NCBI GenBank assembly: GCA_043228905.1
Contig: JBHGNT010000003.1
Span: forward strand, 25,730,001-25,794,000
DNA from: Azolla caroliniana
Taxonomy: Eukaryota; Plantae; Polypodiophyta
Direction of reading: 5' to 3'
Length of the DNA stretch: 64,000 bases
Part shown: one piece after another, positions 49,712 to 62,386 of the stretch
How positions within the stretch are numbered: position 1 is the stretch's first letter
Layout: every line of letters begins with the position of its first letter
The notes under the pieces: generated by a model
What the model was told of the DNA's origin: nothing
Database searches by the model: none
The model's input: the letters and a program-made list of their open reading frames with translations, nothing else
Position numbers and translations under genes: made by a program

Positions 49712-49878
49712 GTATAGAGAATATGTTTCTAAGTAGCAGCCTACACTATACTTCTGTTGCTGCTCTACTGCTCCTGCTGCAAAAAATTGGTGCCTCTATA
49801 GAACACTGGGGTTTTACTCTAGCTCATAAAATGGTCACTATATACTCTTTGAATTTATAGAGATCCCATTTGTATGTA

Positions 49879-49930
<52 letters not shown>

Positions 49931-52814
49931 GTCTCCATCAAAATATTTCTTCCTTGTTAACTAACTACTCCATCACAATCGTCTCATTATTTGAGTTGAT
50001 ACACTAAGGTTAAAATAAAAAGGGTTGTGTTTTCCTGTTCAGACTAGAGTGTAGGAGGGAAGGCTAGGAAGCAGTTGTAAAGCAACCGAAAGTGCATCAT
50101 GAGTGCATTGAATGCTGCTTGTTATTGTTGTTGTATGGAGGAGCAAAAAAATCAACTACATACTCCCTTTCTATGTGTATCTAGCTCACTACATAATATA
50201 TTACTTTCTTCATCTCTTATCAACTATAGGATGACCGATAAAGGTCCCCTCCATCCCATGTTGTGCTCCTACCACCCACTCCAGTTGTGTGTATTGAATC
50301 CAAACGACCTAGAAATATCTCGAGGGACCCATAAAAAGAAATAGAAAACTTCGGATGCCAAGTAGTCAAGGCTTTTAAAAGCTCCCCCCCTCTTCATATC
50401 TGTAGCATTTGTTTCGAATACGGTGCGGTAGATATTCTCGAATCCTATCGGCTCAATGGTATTTTAGAACACGAGTATCAAGGCTACCTTTCGAGATAGT
50501 GACACTTTCACCTTTTCTTGTTCTAATAAGTGAAACATGTAATGGAAATGATTTCAACAAAAGATGTTCTGACTGGAATGCTAACATTGCTTTTGGAAAT
50601 AAATATTCGTGGGAGAATGATGACGAGAAAATATGTAGTGATCATACACCTCTAGGAAGACGTGATGTAGCATAAAACATGTAAACTTGAGTGGTGGGGA
50701 GTCAAGCCTAGCACCTTGGACCAACATAGGACTAAAGAGGCTGTAAATTTGGTTGTTGCCCGTCTGAGAGCCATGTTTTATTTTACATATTTGCTTGGTA
50801 AATGAAAAATCTAAAAGATAGTATACTATATGGTGGGCACTATGCATGCATTGCTAGGATAAAGGTGGATTCACCGTCACTCACACAAAATATCATGACA
50901 TAATAATATGGGCTAGATGTAGATGGATATGTTTGTGCAACATAGAGTCCTCGAAATGGCTCACACTTCTAGCACAAGAAGAACATGCCATATTATGCTT
51001 TCCAAACACTTTCTTTAATGCATGTATGATTTGCCAACTCTTTATTGTTGAAGTCTCTTTATTATCTGAGTGCCATTATTCACATATTGTTTTGCTAACA
51101 CTTTACAACAATTTGCTTGCTAACATTTTGTTGTTGGGGGTTCTTTATTATCATAGAGTATTATTATGAGGTTAGTTTAGAGCTGAAAGAGTAAAATATA
51201 TTGTCGGATTCTCTCGTAATAGTTGAAGTCTCAAAATGTTGCTACAATAAATGTAGTATCAATGAATAAAACGATTTCATTTTATATATGTTAGGTCTAT
51301 TTATCTATAATAGCCCACTAGATATATAAAGCTTATGTAGCATTTAATTGTTTCCCTAAACAATCAATGATAAACATAGATACTTAACAAAAATTACGGT
51401 GTTGCAGTTATTTGGAAAGGGGAACCCCAAACCCTATGATGAATTTGCTAAGTAAGACTTCAAAATATTCATGTGTATATGCAATGTAGGACAAGCTCCA
51501 GAAATTTCCACCAACTACTTGGAAATGTTTAACTTAATCCATTTATGTGTTTGAGCATATGTAAATCCAACTCTTGCAAGTTCATGGCTCGATAATGGCT
51601 AAATTTTCCTGTTTAGGCTTGTCACCTTTTGTTTGATTGCACATGTACGAATACAAGTTTACATTTGTGTGTGTGTGCATGCCTCTATGTTTGTATGATG
51701 ATGGGTTATGGCGCGTGATAAGAAAAGGGAACTTGTGAGAACGAAACGTGTACTTTAGTGTCAGGAAAGATGCTTTTTGTAACTAAAAGTTTTATTAGCT
51801 TTTAAAAAAATGCAGGCAATGTAAACATGTCCCACACACATTAATGGCACCGATATGTCGGGTAGTTCGTATATTACGACGCACAATATCATAGGATAGT
51901 TATTAAAACCAATAATTCAATAGCCTCAACCTTTCTACATTTGTGTTTTACACAAGTAAGTCCCTCGAGGGAACAAGTAACATGGGCCCTAAAAGGAGTA
52001 TATAATCACAATGCCTTGGAACAACATCGTGGCGATTTGCAGGAATAACTTCATTTCCTCGCATAAACTTAGTCAACAAATGGTTAAACACCACTGCATA
52101 CGTTGCGTGAGAAGACTAACCCTTAAGATACATGTTATTACTCACCATTAAGCATCCTTTCTCATTGATGACCTAACAATACATTGAATGTGATTAGTTT
52201 CCAATACTAGCATATATGACATGGCAAGGAATCTATTTAATGCCTAGAGAATGTAGTACCAAAGTAGGCAATTAGCTTTATTTGTAGCCGTATTTATAAG
52301 TGGCATCTGAATATACGAGTGTCCAAGAGGACATATATTCCCCTGTATTTGATAGCAAACCTAAGGTAGAGTTTCAGAAAGACTTCTACAAACACTAAAA
52401 TGAAGCAATAGAGGTTGATTCACCTCTTCAATAGTTATCACATCAGAATGGAATAAGACGATTCGTGGAGACACGATGCCCCTCATTTGATACTTAGACA
52501 TCTAAAAGAATCTTTCATATTTATGTGGATGTCCCAGAGAAAGACTTATTATGGTCCTTCTCCGAAGTCAATATGTATTATGACAAGATGCATCGTAATG
52601 AGTGTTAATTTAGACCATCATCCAGAATGAGTTTGGACTCTTACACTCTCATACTGCATATCCACAAGCATGTGATATATTAAGAAGACAAGAAATATTC
52701 ACAATTTACATATTTATAGGACAACCAACACTATTGATATTAAAAAATATCCTCCATTGGTATTAAAATTAAGGTAGGAAGAGGCAATATACAAAATAGT
52801 CCACTATTACAATG

Positions 52815-53330
52815 AATATTACATATCTTGTTATTAGTGATGTCCACGAGGCACCATCTTTAATTGGAAAATTGTTGAACACTCATGTAGCTTCAACAAC
52901 CCATCCATATTTAGCATCCATATCAAGCAAGGAATTGCCACCAACAACATTGGTTTTAAAAAAACCCCTCTTTTACAGGCTGACTACGGATTTCTTGGCC
53001 TTTATCAATGGATTCTATGCCATTGCAAGCTTGAAACCCAAAGAAAATGTTATCACATCCGGAGACACTCCCTCAACTTGTGAACAAGCTTTTATAAGGG
53101 CCACAAAGCATGACAACAAACACCTTCTTTGTGATTATGACTCCAATTATTGATGAACCAATATGCTTTGGAATGTGTTAAGAGAAGAGATTTTTATATT
53201 ATATTGGTTATATGTAAAATTTCCTCAATGTGTATGTCAAAATGCTTATCTAGTCATTATCCGAAACCATTTTGTAGCATACTCTTGCAACTGTTTATCA
53301 TTATTTGTCCTTGCATAATGGAAGCTTTTT
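52815..53330 (-). pseudogene. PPR gene relic
   Basis: Minus strand reads GVSPDVITF ... NVVGGNSLLDMDAKYGWVVEAT*VFNNFPIKDGASWTSLITRY, with stops and frameshifts. Confidence 0.7.
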
Positions 53331-56300
53331 TTGGAGTACTAGTGTGTATGGATGTTTGACATCATAAAAGTGATACAGTTGATTTTATTCAAATATATTA
53401 CTTCAAGGTGACTCATATCATATGAGTGGATTTGACAAAGTGCAAAAAGTTTGGGGTCTTCTTACCTCAAATTCAAAGAGTAACAAGAGAGTGCCATATA
53501 CCGAATAAACTTATTAATAAATGTGTAACATGGAACATGTAACCTCCTTTGAGAGTAACAATCGACAACGGTTCAGTTTGAGCCGAACCGAACTACGAAA
53601 CCACGGCTTAACGGTTTAAATAGTTCGGTTTTAAAAATTTTTAATTGGTTAAAGAAATGCAAAATGAAAACAAAATTTGATGAAAGCATAAAAAGTTTCC
53701 ACCAAGATCTAAAGCTAATCATAAATCATATTACATGCATGAAAAGGAAACTGGACAATAACATTATCCTAAGCATATCTAGTTGATTTCTTCACATTTT
53801 CTCTACTTCGTTACAATTATTACAATCTTGCACTTTAGTCACATTAAACAATTCACATGAAACTCCAAACATATAATTATGGTCTCACACACATCTTTAT
53901 CGAAACAATCACCAACTTCTTGTGTGATAACCATTTGTAAAATAACCTCAAGAAAAAACAATGACATATGTTTCCCTTCCCAATATGATCTTGTTATCAT
54001 TGATTAGAAGACCCAAGAATTTGTTTAACATACCATGCAATGCCATTTTTGCTCTTTGCAAGGATGTTGATAAGGTAGAAAAACATAGAGAGTGATGGAG
54101 AATTAATTCTCAGAAATGTTATCATGGGTTGCTATTTGTATGTGCAATTAAATTATGCACATGATTACTTCCCACACAAATGTATTGGGGATTTCTCGTT
54201 ACCATGTATTTTATTCTTATGTCCAAAAGTGTGAAAGTATGTACATGTGTTTTGTTTAGTCAAAGGCAAGGACATCCAATCACACCTTGCACGGAATATA
54301 AGTGTAGACTAGACTTGTACAAACTCATCGTTACCAAGCTTATTTTCTTAGATTCAAGAAAAACAAATAGAGTGACGATGCACGTGATTCTAGTAGATCG
54401 AATAAAGAAAAGAAAGGAGGTACTAAGGGAAGCCATCCAAAAATGATGTAAGGAACATGTCTAAATGTCTCGTCAAATCCAATTATGTAAGGGAAGTAAT
54501 TTATGTTTTTGCAAGGTCTCTTGACGCTTGTCACTATTCAAGCATTATAGTAAATTTACATTCTAATCATAGTGGCCTCAAATTCCGTTGAACCTTGTTG
54601 CTTTCATCTAAAAAAACATAAAGTGGACTCCTAAATTTTCGTTTAAACACTTTCAATGTACTCTCACATCTTAGGCTTAACTTTATCAATTCAATAGTTA
54701 CACATCTTTTAGTACAATATATGTGCATGTGTCTAATTCAACTTTTCAAGGTTAAAGCATTACTCTTTCTTTTTTTCCAAAAGAAATTACTACTTCCATT
54801 AGTTAAGTCTATGTACATAGGATAATATACAACTCATATCTTACAGGCAAACTTGCATGGCTACAAAGAAACCAATATATATAAAGGAATCGACAAAAAA
54901 CTCATAATCACTGCATCATCCAATGAGCATACAATTACTCAGCCGCACACCCTCAACGTGAGCCTCATACATCCCTAATTCAACAAAGACATTTTCCAAT
55001 CTCTTCATGTGGCAACACCCATCTATATGTTTGGTACCTAAACCATTATTTTTTAGCTATTGTTCTAACAATTGAGGGTCTTTAAATTTCATTCAAAGTT
55101 GCCATCTCTAAATACATCTCGTAGAGCCTTAAAATTTTATTTAAACTTGCTATCATCTCAAGAAAACCTCATGTGTGCTCCATGTATGCTCCTTTAACAT
55201 CATTGAAACATGTTTGATCTATTATCGCATCTTAGGCTTAAACTTTATCAATTGAATAGTTTAGGCTAACCTTTTAGTACATGTGTATGCATCTAATGTT
55301 AGATATAATCAATTATCAGCTCCAAGTTGTAAATCTATCCCCATATGTGCTCTTAGAGTCCACATTTTGTGATAGTGCCCCAAATGAGGAGCGACTAGTG
55401 TGCAACTCGACCATATGGGTCGATAAGGTGTTAATCTAGGAAACCATAGATGCGTACAACACAATGGATTTAGGAAAGAGCGAAATAGGTAATAGGATTG
55501 GCTAATAATGTCAACTAGAATATTTTGTGGGCAAGTTAGAATGTACATAGTCTTGAAGTATGTGTTATTGACTTCAAGATAAATATTATCTAGCACTAGC
55601 CTGTGTTTAGGGAGTTGGGTCATATTAAATGACAAGTTAGTTGATAGAAAAGGAATATCTCCACTACTATTAAGTGACTTGCACATTTAATGTTATACTC
55701 AGACCAAACATAGAATATAATCCACTTTCTTGCACAATGGTTGGATTGATCATCAGTCCCCACTAATTTTGTAGTGAGCTGCAGATCCCACCTAAGCTGT
55801 AAGGTGTGAGCGCATAGGTAAACTACCATTGTGGGCTACTCTCATATTTAATAGAAGTTTTGTTTTCATATATCTATCTTTGTGGTTGTAACTCTATATA
55901 CCTATCTAATCGATTCTCAATATTTCTAACATGGTATCAAAGATGAGAGGATATAGCTCGACGGTGCATTCGATTACTTCCTTCCAAGTATGATGGCATT
56001 GTAACAAGAGAAGGAAGGGAAGATTCGGCATTTGTCTCTAGGACTAAGGGTAAAGGGGCATCCAATTCAAACAATGCGAATAAGATACCAAAGAAGAAGA
56101 AGTTGAATGGATCGTGTTTCTACTGTGACAAGAAGGGTCACACAATCAAGGTTTGTCGAAAGAAGATGGGGGATGAGAAGAATGGTTCTAGTAAGACTTC
56201 TTGGACAGAGCACGAGTCCGCCAACAATGTCGTATATGAGTTTGAGTTATGGGTTGCAACTGAAGAAGTGTGTTCTTCAGTTGACACTCAAGTTGTCGAC

Positions 56301-56502
56301 GACTCTTGGATTCTTAATAGTGGAGCATCCTGACATATGACTAGTAATCGTGACTGGTACAACTCTTGGACACCTCTACAAGAGCCCATCAATGTTGTGG
56401 TCGAGAACAATGCTTGATGTCCATCCAAAGGAACAAGAACCAGCTCCCTCAAAACAACGACCGACGGGACAAAGCATCTCTCTCAAATGGTGTACTTGCC
56501 AG

Positions 56503-57111
56503 TAACAATGGGCCTGGTTTCGACTCAAACTGAACCGAACGGTTTATTGGTTCAAAGATAAATAAACCGTTTGGTTTGGTTTCAAATGTTATGATTTGGT
56601 TTGGTTTCGGTTCGGTTCGATTTTGAATTTCATGGTTTATCGGTTTCGGTTTATGTGGTCCGGTTTAAAGGTTTATAAGCTAAAAATATTCTTAAATTTT
56701 TATCACTAGGTTCTAACTTTCAAATTTTAATTAAAAACCTCTAGGCTCTAACTTATTAAATTTTATAAGCATTATAAGTAGAGTGTCCTTTTGATGTATG
56801 ATTATCAAATTTATGATAAGTATGATAACCAAATTTATAATATGTATGATGACCAAATTTATGACAAGTATAATGACCAAATTTATAATAAGTGTGATAA
56901 CCAAATTTATGATGATTTTCTCACACAAATTCATAATATGTATGATAATCAATATCTTTAAAAAATGGTTTGGTTTGGTTTTAATTTTTAATAAACCAAT
57001 TTGGTTTGGTTCTAAATTTTCTGTAAACGGGTTGGTTTGGTTTTTATTATAAATAAATGGTTTGGTTTGATTTCAAGTCCAAGAAACCAAACCGAACCAG
57101 GCCCATTGCTA
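56503..57111. mobile_element. hAT-like MITE inserted in copia A
   Basis: TIR TAACAATGGGCCTGGTT...AACCAGGCCCATTGCTA; degenerate 8-bp TSD CTTGCCAG/CCTACCAG; subterminal GGTTT/AACCG repeats. Removal restores YLP-DLKKNLLSIS. Confidence 0.85.
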
Positions 57112-57632
57112 CCTACCAGATCTCAAGAAGAATCTATTGTCCATTTCTACACTAACCGACAAGGGTCTTGATGTTCGATTCACGAAGTTGGGTGTAGAAA
57201 TAACAGATTTTGCTGGCAAGGTTGTAGGAATAGGGGTAAGGTGCAACAATCTTTATGAGCTGAGCGCGTTTACAATTTCTACATACCACAACACAAGTAT
57301 TAATACAAAGCAATGACATGCGAGATTTGGGCATCTCAATGTTGTGTTGAAGTAGATGAAGAAGTCGAATATGGTAGTTGGGTTGTCAACCCTATTTGAC
57401 TTAAGACATGTTTGTGATGCTTGTATGATGGGCAAGCATCAAAGATCACCCATTCTAAAAGATAGTCAAAATCGGACAAAGACTCTTCTACAACTAATAC
57501 ACATCAACCTCTCTGAAAAAATGGTGACTCTTGCAATGGGTGGATCTCTCTACTACATGGTAGTAGTTGACGACTTTAGTAGAAAGATGTGGGTTTACTT
57601 CCTTCAGGAGAAGGCTTGTTGAGAATCAAACT

Positions 57633-58627
57633 CAACTTCTTGAGTGTGGGAACACACTTTAGGATACTCAAGTGTGTGAACACCTCACCTCCTTGTATAG
57701 TAACTAGTGTGTCATAGAAGTTAATGTTCTATGACACATATTCTTTAAGTACTTAAGACTCAACCTCTTCCCAAGAGGTGACTCTAGTGAGAGAATCTAG
57801 AGAGAAGGTGACTACATAGGCACCTTCTCCTTCTTTTTGTAATGTTTCCCTCTCTCTCTCTCTCTCTACACAGACACAATTCTTCTGTTGCACAGAATCC
57901 ATCCGATTCTTTACAAGGCTAAAGCTTTTAAAATCCTCAAAAGATGGCATAAGTTTGTCGAGCGGGAGTCTAGAAAGTTAGTGAATGAGTTACGTTGTCA
58001 TGAAGATTCATGACCATAGTGAGAAAACCAGAGAAGTTACTGGCATCGGCGAAGTGCATCATGTGCACTTACCCTTTATGGCGCCGAATAGGAGTTAATT
58101 CGGGACAGAGGATCCCATGTACAACGGGATTTATCCCACATTGTCACGCATCCCTCTCCTTGTTCTATAAAAGGAAGGGAGTGCCCCTTGTAAAGGGTTG
58201 CCCATTTTGAGTTAGGAGGGTATACCATTAGGTCCAAGGTGTGATAATCTTTCTTCTTCTTACTTTCTTGTTTTCTATTAGGGTTCTTCGAGTTCTTCTT
58301 CTTCTTCGTCGTGTGGGTTGAGTCTTCGTGTTTGTTTAGGGTTTAGTCTAGTTAGGAGCTCGTATGTCCTAAGGGGTTTAGGCTTTTGCCATTCTCCTGT
58401 GCAAGACCCTGCTCGATGCGACGAGCCCGAGAGCTCCCCGATCGGCGGCTTGGCAACAGACTGTTGTTGTAACCTAACCTCCCTTAGTCCGGCTCGAAGC
58501 TGGAGTTGTATCTTGCCCTTGTACATATATAGAGAAATTATGTGCATCTATGTCTGTGTCTGCGTCTTCAGAGTTTCTTCTTTCCTTTTCTGTACATAGG
58601 TAGTGTGCGATGAGTCGGTGTTGCACG

Positions 58628-58678
<51 letters not shown>

Positions 58679-58838
58679 GTTAGATAGCCTCCAGTACGCG
58701 TCCGGAATCGTTCTGGTTTGCGCCACAACCAGTGCAGTCAGGACCGGAGAGGGTCGGTCTCCTGACATCCATCTCTTCCTCATTCGAGACCCTCGTGGTC
58801 ACGCCCCTTTTGACACATACTCGCAGATCTCCGCGACA
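57633..58838. mobile_element. LTR-like insertion interrupting the copia A integrase
   Basis: Sits between the integrase segments LVENQT and RSDRGGEF. Contains TATAAAAGG and (CT)n, and ends ...CGCGACA. Boundaries approximate. Confidence 0.55.
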
Positions 58839-59253
58839 ACGCTCTGATCGAGGTGGAGAATTCTTATCAATAGAATTATGTGAGTATTGCAAAGAGCATG
58901 GAATTAAGCGCCAACTTACAACTGCCTACACCCCACAACAAAATGGCGTTGTCGAACATCGAAACCGAACCATTGTCGAGATGGCTAGGTGTAGAAGGCA
59001 CAAGCGTTGCCCGACCCATTCTGGGTTGAAGCAGTGAATACAACAGTTTACATCCTCAATCAGAGCTACACGAAGGCACTTCAAGGTAAAACCTTCAGAC
59101 TTCAGAACCTTTGGGTGTGCGTGATATGCACATGTTCTAGATGTGAGTAGAAAGAAGTTGGATGCTAAAAGTAAGACGTGTATCTTTCTCAGATATAGTG
59201 AAGAGTCAAAGGCCTATCGACTCTACGACCAAGAGGCAAGAAAGATATTGACA

Positions 59254-59660
59254 AGCCATGATGTGGTGTTCGATGAGGAACGACCACAACCAGCTGAGAA
59301 CAACGATTCTCAAGTTATTTCATCAACCAAAGAAGTATTCCACCCAATCTTGATCCACTGTCCAGAAAAGGAAGCTGAACCATTTGAAAAGCCGCGATGT
59401 GGTGTTTGATGAGGAACGACCACAACTAGCTGAGAACAACGATTCTCAAGTTATCTCATCAACCGAAGAAATATTCCACCCAATCCTGATCCACTGTCCA
59501 GAAAAGGAAGTTGAACCATTTGACAAGCCGCGATGTGGTGTTCGATGTGGAACGACCACAGCTAACTGAGAACAACGATTCCCAAGTTATCTCATCAACC
59601 AAAGAAGTATTCCACCCAATCTTGATTCATTGTCTAGAAAAGGAAGCTGAACCATTTGAT
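59254..59660 (+). repeat. Three tandem ~130-bp copies in the copia A integrase-RT linker
   Basis: AGCCGCGATGTGGTGTT.GATGAGGAACGACCACA...GAACCATTTGA occurs three times. Confidence 0.9.
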
Positions 59661-60102
59661 GGTAGTGGCTCGATAGTTCAGCCTATGTCAGTGCCACATG
59701 TAAAGAAAATACCTAAGTGGGCTAAACAACTCTTCAATGACCATACTTCTAAAGTTGAGTCTCCTGAAATTTCAACTGATGGGTTACGAAGATAAAGAAG
59801 AATACATGAGTAAGGGAGAACCTTTGATCACATTGTCAACATGGCTCTGATGGTGGACATCATAGGCTTAGTGAGTGAGCTGAGCTCGGTGGAGGAACCC
59901 ATGGCCGATCCGAAGTGGAAAGAGGTTATGATATCAGAATACGATAACATCATGAAAAATGACACGGGAGTTGGTAGAGAGGCCAACAAAGAAGAAGGTG
60001 ATAGGCACCAAGTAGGTGTGGAAAGTAAAGTAAAAAGTTGATGGTTCTTTGGAGAAATTTAAGGCCATCCTAGTAGCGCAAGGATGCTCTCAAATTGAAG
60101 GG

Positions 60103-62386
60103 TGTTAAGATATCAAGCTCAAATAGTTTAATCTAGTTAGTCAACACATGTAACTTAGTAGTTACCTAGATCGAATCTAGTTAATGTGTTGACCTTAAGC
60201 CTTTAAATAGGACCTTGTACTGAAGTGGGATATTCTAGATCCTCCACTCCTTAGTACATTTAATGTAGGACTTACACATAAGTACCTATGTTCTACCCAC
60301 ACATGTGCACCTTTGCACATGGGTTGTATATATACCTCATTGTGGGTATTTTTGTATGTTGATGACACTTTTCAATATAGTCAATCATCCCCCATTTATC
60401 TTCGTGTTCATAACTGTAACATTCTCTCTCTCTCTCTTCGTCTCACACCCTCTCACGTGCATATCATACTAATCTTCCGCTGCTTAACGTAACCATATAA
60501 TTAGTCTGTAAATAACCCAAGTTAATTACATAATTACTTAACATGGTATCAAAGCGCGTGGTTTAGGAAATCCACTAAGCCCACCGCTTATTCGTGATTG
60601 TGTGTTCGAGACGCCGACGAAAATCCCGACTATCCGTTATCCGCTACCGTAGCGCCGCTATGAAGGACGTGTACGTGACCAAGAGAAGAAAAACAAAACA
60701 AAACACACAACAATCAACATGAACACACAAATGGGAAGCTCACTCCCTAGCGAAAAGCTGGACTGAAGCAACTACTCATCTTGGGAGTACAAGATGAATA
60801 AATACCTTGTCGGCCAAGGGTATTGGAGCTACATTAACGACGCACAAGAAAACAAACTCGAAATCACACACGCCAACTACCCAACGTGGGAGCAAGGCGC
60901 AAGTCGGGTAATGTAGTGCTTGACAACATGTGTAAACGACCACATGCTTAGCCACATTCGTGACGCCAAGACGCCCAAAGAGGCGTGGGAAAATCTCAAG
61001 AAGATTTTCGTCGCGGACATATCGCGCGCAAGCTTCAACTACGGCAAGAGTTGAACAACATACGACAAAAAGAAATGTCCGTGACGAACTACACTGCCAA
61101 GATCAAGAGCATTTGCGACTCTCTTGGCTCCATCAACGTCAACATCGACGAGGACGAGATGGTGCAAGTATGCTTGGGCAGCCTCACACAACGATTCAAC
61201 ACGTTGAGAACGGCAATCTTGGCGAGAGATACCCCTCGCTCGTTTTTCAACCTCCAATCAATGCTATTGGTCGAAGAAAACCACGTTCAATCGAAGACCA
61301 ACACATCGGAAAGACAAATTCTCTTCTCCGATACGGATGGTACCCATAGACGAGGTCGAAGCGGAAGAGGTCAATTCGACCTATCCCAAGAAGGGAATTC
61401 ACAATTTCGGCAAGTAAACGGAAGCCATTGAGGAACCTTCACAAGAAGGGGGAGCTTCCACGCCGAACAAGGTCGGCGAAAGAGGCCACCTACGTGCAAT
61501 TAATGCGGCAAAATCGTCCATCGCGAAGAGCAGTGCCGAAAAAGACGAAGTGAGTCGGCCTCAACAAGCCGACAACTCACAAATTACGTCGCGAACGCAA
61601 AATACGCGGACTACAGCGGACTCTCCGTGATGAGGCATAGAGTGAACTCTATGATGGCCTCCGATCCCGCAAACTCCGCAAGCACCTCCAACTCCGAACA
61701 CGCGTGGTTCGTAGACTCCGACACCTCACACCACATGACGTCGCACCAAGAGTGGTTTCGCGACTTGCGAACGCCAGATCGACCCGGCTACATAGAGACT
61801 GGAGACGACACTCTGCATCCCATTCGGCACATCGGCGATGTCCCATTCGGGAAAGAAGGCGAGCAAACTTGCATCAAGAATGTCTTGCACGTGCCCACAA
61901 TAACAAAGAATTTGGTCTCGGTCGGCCAAATTGTGGAGCAAGGCATGCAAGTCCGCTTCAACAATGAAGGTTGCTTTATCAAGAAAGACGACCGACTCAT
62001 AGCTAAGGGACGGAGAGACAGTCGCTTGTTCATCCTCGACTCGAACGAGGTAAAATCGGCCATGTACGCCAAAGGTCTCAAGACCAAGACAAACATCAAG
62101 TTGTGGCACAACCGAATTGGCCACATAAACCTCCAACGGCTTCGCGGAATGCAATCAAAGGGAGTCGTAATCGGACTTCCGACCTTCAAATCGAAACGAG
62201 TCGACCGAGTGTGTGAAACATGCTAACTCGGCAAACAACATCGACTCCCATTCCCGAAGGAGAGCTCTGCAAGCTAATGACTCCTTGACATAATCCACTC
62301 GGACGTATGGGGACCGACTCAAACGCCAACGCTCGGTGGATGCGGCTACTACGTCACCTTCATCGAAGACCACTCGCGCTACGCAT
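60103..62386 (+). mobile_element. Ty1/copia element B nested in the RT of element A (LTR 60103-60543, PBS, gag-pol)
   Basis: LTR TGTTAAG...CTTAACA, then PBS TGGTATCA at 60544. Gag (AKTPKEAWENL, RKLQLRQEL), protease WFVDSDTSHHMT, NVLHVPTITKNLVSV, LWHNRIGH, IHSDVWGP, YYVTFIEDHSRY. Confidence 0.9.

Larger units (their letters stand above)
55297..60102 (+). mobile_element. Degenerate Ty1/copia element A (5' LTR ending 55931, PBS, gag zinc knuckle, protease, integrase, start of RT)
   Basis: ...AACA|TGGTATCA PBS at 55932. Motifs CFYCDKKGH, WILNSGAS, CDACMMGKH, VVVDDFSRKMWVYFL, RSDRGGEF, YTPQQNGVVEHRNRT, KKLDAKS..CIFL.YSEESKAYRL and KFKAILVAQG. The LTR start is approximate. Confidence 0.88.

Noticed and set aside
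56731-57052. Ile/Met-rich ORFs on both strands
   Set aside because: They derive from a ~24-bp AT-rich minisatellite inside a MITE.
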